Source of the DNA: Syncephalis fuscata S228
Taxonomy: Eukaryota > Fungi > Zoopagomycota
Length of the DNA stretch: 64,000 nt
Assembly: GCA_025786725.1 (NCBI GenBank)
Contig: JAHLTZ010000001.1
Location: 372,001 to 436,000, forward strand
Direction: 5' to 3'
Shown here in pieces: positions 14,924-29,232 of the stretch (the stretch's first letter is position 1; every line of letters starts with the position of its first letter). Below the pieces are notes generated by a model. That model did no database searches and was not told where the DNA came from. It saw only the letters and a list, made by a program, of their open reading frames with translations. A program made the translations under genes and the position numbers.

Positions 14924-17268
14924 TTATATATCAGGCATATAAAGATCGCTGTCACAGATAACTTCACGACCGTCCCATGTAAACGAGACCCATTCTTTGG
15001 CCTCTAGCCATAGCCACATCTTTAGAAACAATTCGTCGGTTGCGCCCATTTCACGCAATCCAACAAATACATGCTTGCCGGCCTGTTGGCGTCCAAAATC
15101 ACGCAGCGTAGCCAGAGATACACTGGCCAAATCTAACCCTGGATCCAATTGACGTCCAATACCCTCGAGAATCAACAATGACAAAACAACGTTGGCAAAG
15201 TCACCCTCAAGACGTACGTGATGCTCACGCACCATCCGCATAACATTCATTAAAATATCGCCCATCGACACTTTGCCTAAAGAAAAGGTGATTTCTCGTA
15301 ATTGAAGAATTAAATTGCGCATTTTATGTGCAAACAACTCAGGCTCAACCACGAGTTCAGGAGATTTGCAACGCTCCACCATAAGACATCCCGCCGTGTA
15401 TCTAGTTCAATATAAGCTTGTTTGTACTAGCCATGCATGCCTATCGGTACATACCCATCAAAAGAAACCACTGCCTTAAATAAATCGACAAAATTCTGGC
15501 GATTTTGATCATCCAGTTCAGCAATTAGCCCTGCATCAAGGAACACTAGACGTGGTCTAAAGCCTTCTGCAAACAAATTAGCCAATTCCTGTTTCCACGC
15601 TTCTTCATCGTGCTCCAAGGCTTCTAGTCGACGTATAACCGATGGATCGGGCCGATGTGGTGGTGGTGTACCCTGAGTTAGTGAAGACCATATACGTTTA
15701 AGCATATCCCGTGTTGTTGGACGGGCAAATCGAACCAGTATATTGCCTGGATGTAAATCCGCATGAATAAAGTTGTCTAGAATAAGCATATGCTATATAA
15801 TATATCAATTATTTGTTAATGCATCTATTAATCTAGCAGCGGTTGTAATATATTCATAACTACTACATACCAGGAATGCATCAATGCCTATCTTATACAT
15901 TAGCACCAATGTTATTAATCCATTAGATATAACTTACCAATACCAGACATAATCTTATCATAAACAGTGCCATGTGCAGATAAGAAACGCCTCATTGGTA
16001 TCGCGTGAATATACTCTTCTACTAGAACATCTTTCGATCCATGAAATATAGGCCGTGGAAAAGCAATAGTATAGCAATAGCGAAAGCCGTATTTAAACCG
16101 TTCCAAGTTATTAGCTTCGTGGCGTAAATCAAGCTGTGAATTCATCATTTCACCAAATACGCGCACTTCATCCGGCAGTGAAAGCCATTCCATACTGGGC
16201 AGTAAATTAATAAGTTTAGCAAATGATTTCATGATTTTAAGATCACGGGCTATTTTCTGAGCAATGCCTGGATGCACCACTTTAATGGCCACCATATCAG
16301 GTGGAAACGGCACTGTTTCATCTAAATCAGATGGACGAGCAAGTAAATTGGCACGAAGTTTACCACGATATACTTGAGCAATCGCCCCTACACCCACAGG
16401 CGTTTCTTCAAGCCATTCGAATATTGATTCAAGTGAACGGCCACCAAATGCTTTTTCAATAGTTTTACGTGTATGACGAAACGCATGTGATCGATTATTG
16501 GCGTGAAGACGACCCAGACTATGACATAGCTCTACGGGAAATATATCAACACGTGTAGCAGCCCATTGAGCCAACTAGTAAACAAATAGATTCATTGGTT
16601 ATCTGTTTTAATAGCTATAATGAACATTGCATTGCACTTACTTTAATAAAAGATGGGCCAGCACGTTCCATTTGTCGAGCTAGTAAATCATACCACCATA
16701 CCTTCCATTTACTTTCAGCTGTTGTATCCGTTAATGAATTAGTACATATAAGTAACGGAATAGTGACAATACAGGGCAGAAATATAACAACGAGTTGTAA
16801 AAATCGCCAACTTGTCATTATGGGTTCAATTAATAGAGCATCTAATTGGTGGCCTACTTTGCTTAACAATGAATTATTAGGCTTATCGATTTCATCATTA
16901 TTCGCACTATTAAGTGATGGTACTATCGGGACTATATCAGTTGATTTCTGGTCTGATTCTAGTGCAATAGTGCCTAATACCATGCCTAGTATTAGATATC
17001 GACCAGCTGGATAATGTCGCCGTCCCATTTGACTAGCTATTGATGAAAGCGGTACTTTCCACTGAACAGATGGACGTGCCAGCTGGACAGGCCGCTGACT
17101 ACTATGTACAGCATCACCAGCTATTGGCCATTGCGCCTGGCGTAATTGATTGCTAGGCCAAGTTGTTGTTTTGCTATAGCAACGGCACATTGTTCTATGC
17201 CGGACTGCCCCGACCGTGCCTTTCAACTGTCCCCAATATACTCGTTGGCGCAGGACTGTAGAAAGCAT
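14924..17268 (-). CDS. ABC1/UbiB-family atypical kinase, mitochondrial (ADCK2/Cqd1-like)
   Basis: AGPSFIKLAQW, GVGAIAQVY, VAIKV, HADLHPGNI and FLDAGL motifs; Arg-rich N-terminal targeting peptide; 17-nt micro-exon (GIDAFL) near 15871-15887. Confidence 0.92.
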
Positions 17269-17880
17269 TGGAATCGGTCGGAATTCACGAATAGCCAAAA
17301 CAACGATGTTGTATACGTAGAACGTCAAATTATCAAAAAATGTTTTTGGTACATTTGTTGGAGAGGCTTTTTTGATCTATGTTGTTAAAGTCATTCAAAA
17401 ACTACTATAATAAAATGATGACTGACACAACTTTTACTAGATCATCATCAATGTTTAATAGCAACGTGTCATTCTAATTAATATAAATAGATCAAATACC
17501 TCATTGTTATTAATAGGCATTTCATCATAGCATTCAGATTAGAAAGATTAATTTACGTATCCAATAATATAGCGATCTAAAATAAACACCTATCAAATAT
17601 AAATAAATCATCTATTGGCCTAATATTACATAACACTAGTGCATCATTTGTGATCGTGTCAATGTTGTTCCACGCCCTATAACAGTCTATATGATAGACA
17701 AGCATGGCAAATAAATCAATAAATAAATAATAGACTGGTCCATGACTGGTTGCTAGCGTAGATTAGCAAAACTCCCTATCACTCCTGCTACCCCTTAATC
17801 ATTTAGAAGGTGTTTATAGCGCCATCGCTTCTACTTGCGCGCATTCCTCTTTAAATTCCATTTGTACAGCTATTAACTCG

Positions 17881-19189
17881 ATGTTGGAGCAAAACGATAG
17901 CGATATAAACGTTACTTGCCCGGAATCGGCCTATAGTCAGTCTACGGCGGCCAACGCTCTTCCATCGGATATTGTTCCTCCCCAATTGCCACAAAAGCAA
18001 CCATTATTAACTGCGAATAGTACATCTGACGGTGTCATTATTAAAACATCAAAGATCATGCCCGATCCACCACCACCAGTTCACCAAAAAGCGTCACGGC
18101 GACCAGCCGTAGAACCTATTAACACTGGTGATTATCCGCAACGCCATATTGGATTTGATAAATCACCAGTGAATACACTTGCATTACCAGGTAATGAATC
18201 ATCGCCTAATGCTCAACCACCTGTATCTGAGGGCCATCACCATCAACATCCTCACCATCCACTTCCAAGAGACCAAAAAGCTACCAACGCTTACCATCGG
18301 TTGAACAAGTGGGACCTATAGGCTATGTGCGTAGTTTAGCATTGGCCGCCAAAGATGCTATGAGTGATGCATGGCTACGTGTTCGTGCCCGTACCAATCC
18401 TCGATCAGGCAAATCATCTCCTTCTGTAGCCGCTGAATCGACACCTAAAGATGAAGCCAGCAATGAAGCGACTCCAGTCAATCCACCTTCGAATGAATCT
18501 ACTAGCCAGAAGATAGCTCATGATCATTCATTAAAAGACTTGCCTGCATTATTTCCTTTACATGCGGCGAGTGAAAAGAATGAACACGATACAGCTAAAG
18601 AAGTTGATAATGAAACAAAAGACATATCAATGGCCCCTCCAACTGGTGAAGCACGTATTGTACAAGCAGTTACTCTACCCAATCCTATAAGTGTTACTAC
18701 AGCTAATGCTGAAGACAAGACTGCTACTTCATCGGCATCCACTAAAGAAAGAGATCCTTTGGCCAATCAAGTTGTTGCAGAAGCTGAATCTACTTCAAAG
18801 AAACACGCAGAATGGCAACCTTTACATGTTGGTAGTCAAACACTTAACCTACCAGAGGAAGAAGCAGTAGATGTATCAACTCCATCAGTCGCTGATAAAG
18901 AAAACCCTTTAGAGGATAAATCGATTCAAAAGATGCCATCTACAGATAATACTACTGCCATGAAATCATCAAATGCACCATTAATCGAAGTGCCTCTTCA
19001 GTATCATTAGAACAAGTTGCATCGTCGAAGGATGCTGATATTAACCAAGAAGAAGACGAAGACGAAGAAGAGGTTGATAGTAAGAATCAAACCGAATCAG
19101 TAGAATCGACACAAGCATCAAAATCAACTGCCAGCCATAAGACTAAGCGCAGTAACCGACGTAAAAACAAAAAACATACAAAACATTAA
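17881..19189 (+). CDS. Low-complexity Pro/Ser/Glu-rich hypothetical protein with a basic C-terminus; two apparent frameshifts
   Basis: Overlapping ORFs 17881..18321 and 18309..19010, then a third frame ending KRSNRRKNKKHTKH*. Confidence 0.6.
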
Positions 19190-19250
19190 TCTATCCATCT
19201 CTATTTCTACTTCATCGATGACATATAAGCATATAAATAAATGGTTTATT

Positions 19251-19832
19251 CTACCTTTGCTGCTCAAGACAAGATAGACAAATGAATCGCTCATGAGCTG
19301 CATCATAACTAAATAATAGCGTTAATTAATCTATTAATAAAATAGATAAACTTACTTAATAGTAGAACAAATAGAACAAAATGACTGTTGACACACAAAA
19401 CACACTACAAGACAGGCTGTACAGAATGGCTGTTCACAAAATGTACACTTTTGATCAGTAAAGCGATTTGTTGAATTGGCTGATGGACAAATATTTTTAG
19501 ATTGTTTACATTCTTGTTGAGACTTATTTTCAATAGACATACTATTGATAGATCGATGATATAGACTATGTTGACTATTAGTATGAGTATGCGTGACATG
19601 TTGTTGTCCAGCTCTTAATTTCATCCATGTATAAGCTATTTTATAATACTTTTAGTTAATATTAATAGAAATGGCTATTTAATATTCAACTACCTTCACT
19701 CTGTTGAGCAGTAGCGTTTAAGGAAGTGTTTACATAACCACGCTGTGACTTATACAGCGGTAAAGGTACGTTCTCTACTGGATCAATGTCCATACAGTCC
19801 ATGTCATTCATTGTTCGCTTTCTTACAAACAT
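19251..19832 (-). CDS. Siva-like Cys-rich zinc-finger protein, 3 exons
   Basis: Exon 1 MFVRKRTMND...QQSE; exon 2 ...CTFCEQPFCTACLVVCFVCQQSFCSICSTI; exon 3 YDAAHERFICLSCLEQQR*. The CxxC spacing resembles the Siva C-terminal zinc fingers. Confidence 0.7.
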
Positions 19833-20027
19833 AACCAGAATAAAGCAAGCGAAGGAAAAGGCCGTGTGTTAATAGAGGTGAAAAGAAAAAGACGCGGTAA
19901 TAAACACGTTTATTTGTGGATTATTTTCTATTCAACTGTTACGTGATTCTTTTCTTTATTACACTACCATTTTATCTTTTCTATTTACGGTTCCTATTAG
20001 CTGATAGTAGTGGTAATAATAATAGTT

Positions 20028-23000
20028 ATGAATAGTTCAGATAATATAAATAAGCGAGATAGTATAATGGCCACCAATTCTAGTCCTCTCTATTAAATGA
20101 CCACCAGTCTAAGAAGCGACGTACCAATGAAGCGACACGACAAGCCAGTCGAAGTCAATCGCTTGGTCCTTCGTCATTTGAACTTGATCTAGCCAATGAG
20201 CCCAGCGATATTCCAGGTAGGTATAGTATTAGTATACCACAGTGTCATATAACTATTCTAATCTATTGTCTATCTATCTATCTATTATATTATATTGTAA
20301 TAGTGAATAGTCGTAGTTTATGGGCTCGTGCTCCTGTTCCAACACTTGATACAAATACTGATGCTTTAAGTAAGTTAAATAACTTGTAGATATTACTATA
20401 GATATCTAATAAATTACATATCATAAATATACATGTTACTATTTAGTATTTCAACAACTTGAAGTAGATGATGTACTCGACATGGCATCTGGTCAACCGG
20501 TTGTTCGTCTTTATGGTATTACTATGGTAATGATACTCAATCTATATAGATATAGATACATATATACTAATAGTGTATCAATTAGAATGGTAATAGTGTA
20601 TTATGTCATGTTACTGGATATCTTCCCTACTTTTACATGCCGGCACCAATTGGTATAACTCATAATGACTACCAGGATTTGAAAAAGCATTAGAGGTGAG
20701 TAGTTGTGTATTTGTAGTAAAGTATATTAAAACTATGACTATTACACCATAGATTGCTTTAGGAGAACGACAAAAGAGTATTGAAAAACTTGAACTTGTA
20801 CTTAAAGAAAATATCATGGGATTTCACAATAATGAAAAGACTACATTTCTTTGTATTACAGTACGTCAACCAAAGATGATTGCTCCATTACGTCATATCC
20901 TTGTTATTATTACATTATAGCCTATAGATTATAAATATAAATATAGATATAATCCTTAATTGTTATTGAAATACGTATTTTAGAAGCTGGATTTGTTTAT
21001 GAAGGATTCCGTGTATTTGCCGGTCATAGTTTTGAAAGCAATTTAGAATATACACTACGATTTATGGTGGATACTCAGGTAAGTCCATTATTATGTAGGC
21101 TATAATGGATTATTAATATTTGCTATAGATGATGGGGGCTAGTTGGATTGAACTGCCAGCTGGACACTATCAATTATGCTCCAATCTATCATCCAGTTGT
21201 CAGATTGAAGTAAAAATAGCGTATGTATAATAATAGTAATATAGCATAACATATAATAGTGTAATAACTTTATTATTAGATTTGAGAGTATTAAAAGTCA
21301 TGCTCCTGAAGGAAAATGGCAGGATATTGCACCATTACGTATTCTCAGTTTCGATATTGAATGTGCTGGTCGTAAAGGTGTATTTCCTGAACCGAAAATA
21401 GATCCAGTTATTCAAATTGCCAATGTTATATCTATCCATGGTAAATAGCATTCTGTGTAAATGTTGTACCTTGATATATAACAGTGATTTATAGGGAAAA
21501 CCAAGCCATTAATACGAAATGTATTTACACTTAATTCATGTGCCAGTATTGCCGGTGCAGATATTCTATCTTATACAGATGAAGCAGTGCTACTTGAAGC
21601 ATGGAAAGATTTTGTAACAGAGGTATATTTACATGACAATAGATAATAGTATACTCTATATTGACAACGTGACTAATAGGTGGATCCAGATGTGGTCATC
21701 GGTTATAATACTACCAACTTCGATTTCCCTTATTTGTTGGATCGTGCTGCTCACTTAAACATAGCACGATTCCCATTTCTTGGTCGTATTCAAACAGTGC
21801 GCACTAAGGCCAAAGATACAATATTTGCTTCTAAAGCATTTGGAACACGCGAAAACAAAGCTATCAGTATCCTTTTTATATTATAATGCAACATAACAGC
21901 AGTGATATCCGATACAAATGACTGCACTATTATAGACTTGGATGGCCGTATTCAATTGGATATTCTTCAAGTTATGCAACGCGACTACAAGTTAAGATCT
22001 TACACGCTTAATTCTGTTTGTTCTCAATTCCTTGGTAAGTTATAGATTGTACTAATTAACACGATTAATACTTTAATTACTGCTATATAGGAGAACAAAA
22101 GGAGGATGTACATCATTCGATTATTACCGATCTACAAAATGGCAATGATGAGACACGTCGGCGTTTAGCCGTCTACTGTTTAAAGGTTTGTATTAATAGC
22201 TATATTATAATTTACGTTAATAATTTACATGAATCATTAGGATGCTTATTTGCCACAACGTCTTATGGATAAACTGATGTGCTTGATCAATTATATTGAA
22301 ATGGCTCGTGTTACGGGCGTTCCATTCAACTATTTGTTGACTCGTGGACAACAAATTAAGGTTATTTCTCAACTGTATCGAGAGGCTCATAAAGAGAATT
22401 TAGTTATACCAGCGATGAAATCAGAAGGTAGTTAATCAATAGTTTTATAACAGTTTTTATACATATATATATATATATGTATACTAATTGATATATTATA
22501 CTAGGTGGGGATGAACAATATGAAGGTGCTACGGTTATTGAGCCAAATAAAGGCTACTACGATGTTCCAATTGCCACTCTCGATTTCAGTTCTTTGTATC
22601 CATCGATTATGATGGCCCATAATCTTTGTTATACAACACTGTTGGCCCCTAATAAAGTGGAACAATATGGACTTGTTTTGGACGAAGACTATGCGCGAAC
22701 ACCGAATGGCGGTAGGCTATATATTGCAAAAATGGCATGAAATAGACTATAACTATTTAATATGTAGATTTATTTGTTAAGACAAAACAGCGAAAAGGAT
22801 TATTGCCAACCATTTTGGAGAATTTATTGGCTGCTCGTAAACGAGCCAAGTCTGACTTGAAGAATGAAACAGATCCATTTAAACGAGCTGTATTAGATGG
22901 ACGACAATTTGCTTTAAAGGTAAGCAGTTAGCTGATTAAACAATAAGGCTTGGAGCATCTGCTACAATAGTAGCTAATTGATCATATTATTTGAATAATA

Positions 23001-24825
23001 GATTAGTGCCAATTCAGTATATGGCTTTACTGGTGCCACTATAGGCAAATTGCCCTGTTTGCAAATATCCTCCAGTGTTACAGCATACGGACGAGAGATG
23101 ATCAATGCAACAAAGGAGGCAGGTTATAAAAGTATAATGTCTAATAAATATTAATGTAAATTATAGGAAGTAGAAGCACAGTTTAATATCAAGAATGGTT
23201 ATGCACACGATGCACGAGTCATTTACGGCGATACTGATTCAGTTATGGTAAATTTTGGAGTTAAGACACTACCAGAGCTATGAAATTAGGCAAGTGTTCG
23301 TTGTAATGAATATAATAAATAGATATGTTAAACAAATCGTTATGCTATTAGGCCAAGAGGCAGCCGAATTCGTCACACATAAATTCATTCGACCAATCAA
23401 CTTAGAATTGAAAAAGTCTACTTTCCCTACTTGTTAATTAATAAGAAGCGATATGCCGGGCTTTATTGGACACGTCCTGATAAATATGATAGGATGGATA
23501 CAAAGGGCATTGAGGTAAGCTATACGATAGTATTTATTGTCTAGTTAACTAATGTGCATAACTATATAGACAGTACGACGTGATAATTGTCAATTAGTTC
23601 AAATTGTCATTGATACATGTCTACGCAAAATTCTTATTGATCGTGATGTATCAGGAGCAGAAGCGTAAGCGTTAAGCATTTACAAATATAAGTACTAAAT
23701 AATAATAATAAAACTAAATAATGTTATATAGATATACAAAGCAAATTATCGCAGATTTATTACAAAATAAGATTGATATGTCGCAATTAGTAATTACGAA
23801 GGCATTAAGTAAAACGGGTAAGTATATAATTAATATGAGCAATACATAATTAATACTTGTATACTATTTGTAATAGAATATGCGGGTAAACAAGCACATG
23901 TCGAATTGGCTGAACGAATGCGCAAAAGAGATGCTGGTAAGCTATAAACTAGCAATTGTTGTCATTTATCAAGTGTTGTAATAATGTATGAATAGGTTCT
24001 GCACCGAATTTGGGTGATCGAGTTGCCTATGTTATTATAAAGGGTGGCAAAGGTAGTTATATTAATTAAATGATAGAAGTAAAGAATACAACAACTAAAT
24101 ATTAATGATATAGGCGCGGCAGCTTATGAAAAGTCGAAGATCCACTTTATGTACTGGATAATAATGTTCCTATTGATACCAAGTATTATTTGGAAAATCA
24201 ATTAGCCAAACCATTATTGCGTATATTTGAACCAATTCTTGGTGATAAGGCTGAATCATTATGTAGGATCATTGTAGTAGTTTATGATATACTACAATTA
24301 ATACTAATAATTACTACTAATAGTGAATGGTGAACACACAAGAACAATATCAGTGGCAGCACCTTCTATTGGTGGTTTAATGAAGTTTGCCGTACGCACC
24401 GCTACTTGTCTAGGCTGCAAGACACCACTGCGTAATAATGGTAATGAAATACACTTGATCAACCAAATAGACCAATCTAATCTGTACTGCTATTATTACT
24501 AGCATCGGCTGTATGTGACCATTGTGCACCACGTCTATCAGAAATATACCAAAGACAGGCAAGTAACATGTATACATATATGTAGTATTTATTAATGCTT
24601 ATTAACTAACTAATCAATACAATCATAGTTGGACAAATGAACGATTTAGAAATGCGATTTGCCCGATTATGGACACAATGCCAACGCTGTCAAGGTAGTT
24701 TACATCAAGATGTTCTTTGTACAAGTCGTGATTGTCCCATCTTTTATATGAGAAAGAAGTCACAGAAAGATGTTGAAGACATTCAAAGACACTTACTCGA
24801 TTTACACATGAATGGTAGACTTTAA
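20028..24825 (+). CDS. POL3: DNA polymerase delta catalytic subunit, highly intron-rich
   Basis: [47 protein letters not shown] and KKRYAG; C-terminal CysA/CysB motifs (CLGC, CDHC, CQRCQG...CTSRDC). Confidence 0.98.
20895..20974 (+). other. U12-type (minor spliceosome) AT-AC intron in POL3
   Basis: Donor ATATCCTTG, branch point TCCTTAAT at 20953-20960, acceptor ...AATAC. Removal gives the in-frame sequence MIAPLR-R-ILEAGF. Confidence 0.92.
21867..21935 (+). other. GT-AG intron with a U12-type 5' splice site in POL3
   Basis: Donor GTATCCTTTT. Removal gives ENKAI-N-LDGR. No clean U12 branch point is visible. Confidence 0.65.
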
Positions 24826-24898
24826 TAGTTGCCATCAACCTGGCTATTACTATCCGTATCGTCATTAAATAAAATAAAATATATAGGTCAGCTATTTA

Positions 24899-26288
24899 TT
24901 ATGCATCTGATACGGTTTGAATAATTTCAGAGTGACGGAATTGCCAGTAACGTTCACGAATACGATCGTGTTTCTCGGCCAATTCGTTACAAGCCTATCG
25001 TTTAATGGTTAACTATTAGTATACCCTTTAAATAGCTGCATTGCATCTACTTGCCCAAATAGCTTTGTCATAGCGCTCTTGTGGGCTATTCTCCGAGTAA
25101 TCTTGATAGATTTGAACAAAGAATGAAAGAAGTGGTACAGATATACACGGTCTTTCAAGTAGATTATAAACTACCGGTTCTATTTGTGGTAAAAGTAATT
25201 CAGGTCGATGACGAATGGTTCTAATAAATGAATTAATACAAAAATTATTATAATATTCATTATAAACGTACCCAATTAAATAATTCCATGAGCTTTCATT
25301 ACTAGGTGCCAATTCAATCTTTTTCAATGTAAAACTATAATGTATGTTAATAATAGTGTTACCAACAATAGTACTATCTACTTACTCCACCTCTTCTTCC
25401 AATTGAGCATCGGTCACTGTGCCTGGTTTAAAGTGTATACAGAAATAGCGCTGATTCCATGCTGAATTATTACGAATATCATCGTCGATTAACCGTGTAA
25501 CAAATGCCACTTCATTCTCCCATAAATCAAATGTTTTAATGATCCATTGACTAAATAGAATATTAGTAAGTTACTATGGTTATTATTATTATTATTATTG
25601 TCATTACTTACCGATATGACCAAGCATGAAAGTTCTTTGCATCTTTTTCAAGAGCATCTTCAATAAATGTCAATTCACCACTTGCATCCCCCATATGATC
25701 AATAATGACTTGACGATGATGCCTATTAATAATTAACACACTATTTATAAATAATTATAATTGATTTTACCATAATTGATAACATTTTGGATTTTCATCG
25801 GCCATTTCTTTTAAATAAGCCAATTCCTTTTGTAAGTCGCATTGATGCCTAGTAGAATATCTTTACGATAAAGCCTATTAATTAATTAATCAATTAATAA
25901 TATTTATTAATTATCGGTATATAAAAACCTTTAACCAACCAGCACTTACCATATAGTATAATGACCAGGATTCATAGAAATAATATCCTCGGTAAGAGCA
26001 AGTGTCCGGTCACTTAGTTCCCTCTTGGCTGATACAGCCCGGAAATAGTCCATGCGCTTTTATCTGTGTATATAGTATTAGAAAACACTATTTAATAGAC
26101 TATTATACTATAGTAAACTTACATTCTTGCGAATAAGCAATAGGACAAACGGGATCAATTCCGTCATCTTGGGCTATAGGAGTAACATCGCTCCATTCTT
26201 CTCGTTCACTATAAGGAATCCACGCTTCTGTAGACTAGATGTACAAGATATTTAGTAGATATCTATTGCTGTGCTATTTACCTACCAT
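24899..26288 (-). CDS. RAM2: Protein farnesyltransferase/geranylgeranyltransferase-I alpha subunit
   Basis: WSDVTPIAQDDG, PIAYS, MDYFRA, KNFHAWSYR, DIRNNSAWNQR and APSNESSWNYL; ends HDRIRERYWQFR...DA*. The first coding exon appears to be the ATG alone. Confidence 0.95.
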
Positions 26289-26563
26289 TGTGTTGTTATT
26301 GTTATAAATAATAGTGAATAAAATTGAAGTACCGATGAGAATCGACTAAAACAATAAAGGTCTCAACCATTTGATGACGTGTGTGTATAAATAGATCACA
26401 CCATTAATATTAATAGTAATGACTAGTATAGTATTATTGATCATCAGTGATCTGATCTTAATGGTCTCAAGTGTTACATGCATGGTAACAAAAAAACAAT
26501 CATAACCGAAGAAAGTTATTTTTTATTTATTTTTGCTCTTTTTCTTCTATTACGCTTGCTATT

Positions 26564-28979
<2,416 letters not shown>

Positions 28980-29232
28980 AGATTAGATAGACCATATATG
29001 TAAAAAACGAGAGAAAGAGAAGATAGGCAATCTATTAGAGAATGTATATATGAAATGACCTATATTAATGCATATGGATCGTATAATAGAATACAGTATA
29101 GTAGGGAACAAGTTGTGTATGTATGTGATATCATTACAATTTTAATTTGTAGAAAGGTGTCATTTTTACCAAACAACCATAGCAATAACAATAACAATAA
29201 TAATAATAGTAATAAAATACCAATTATAAAAA

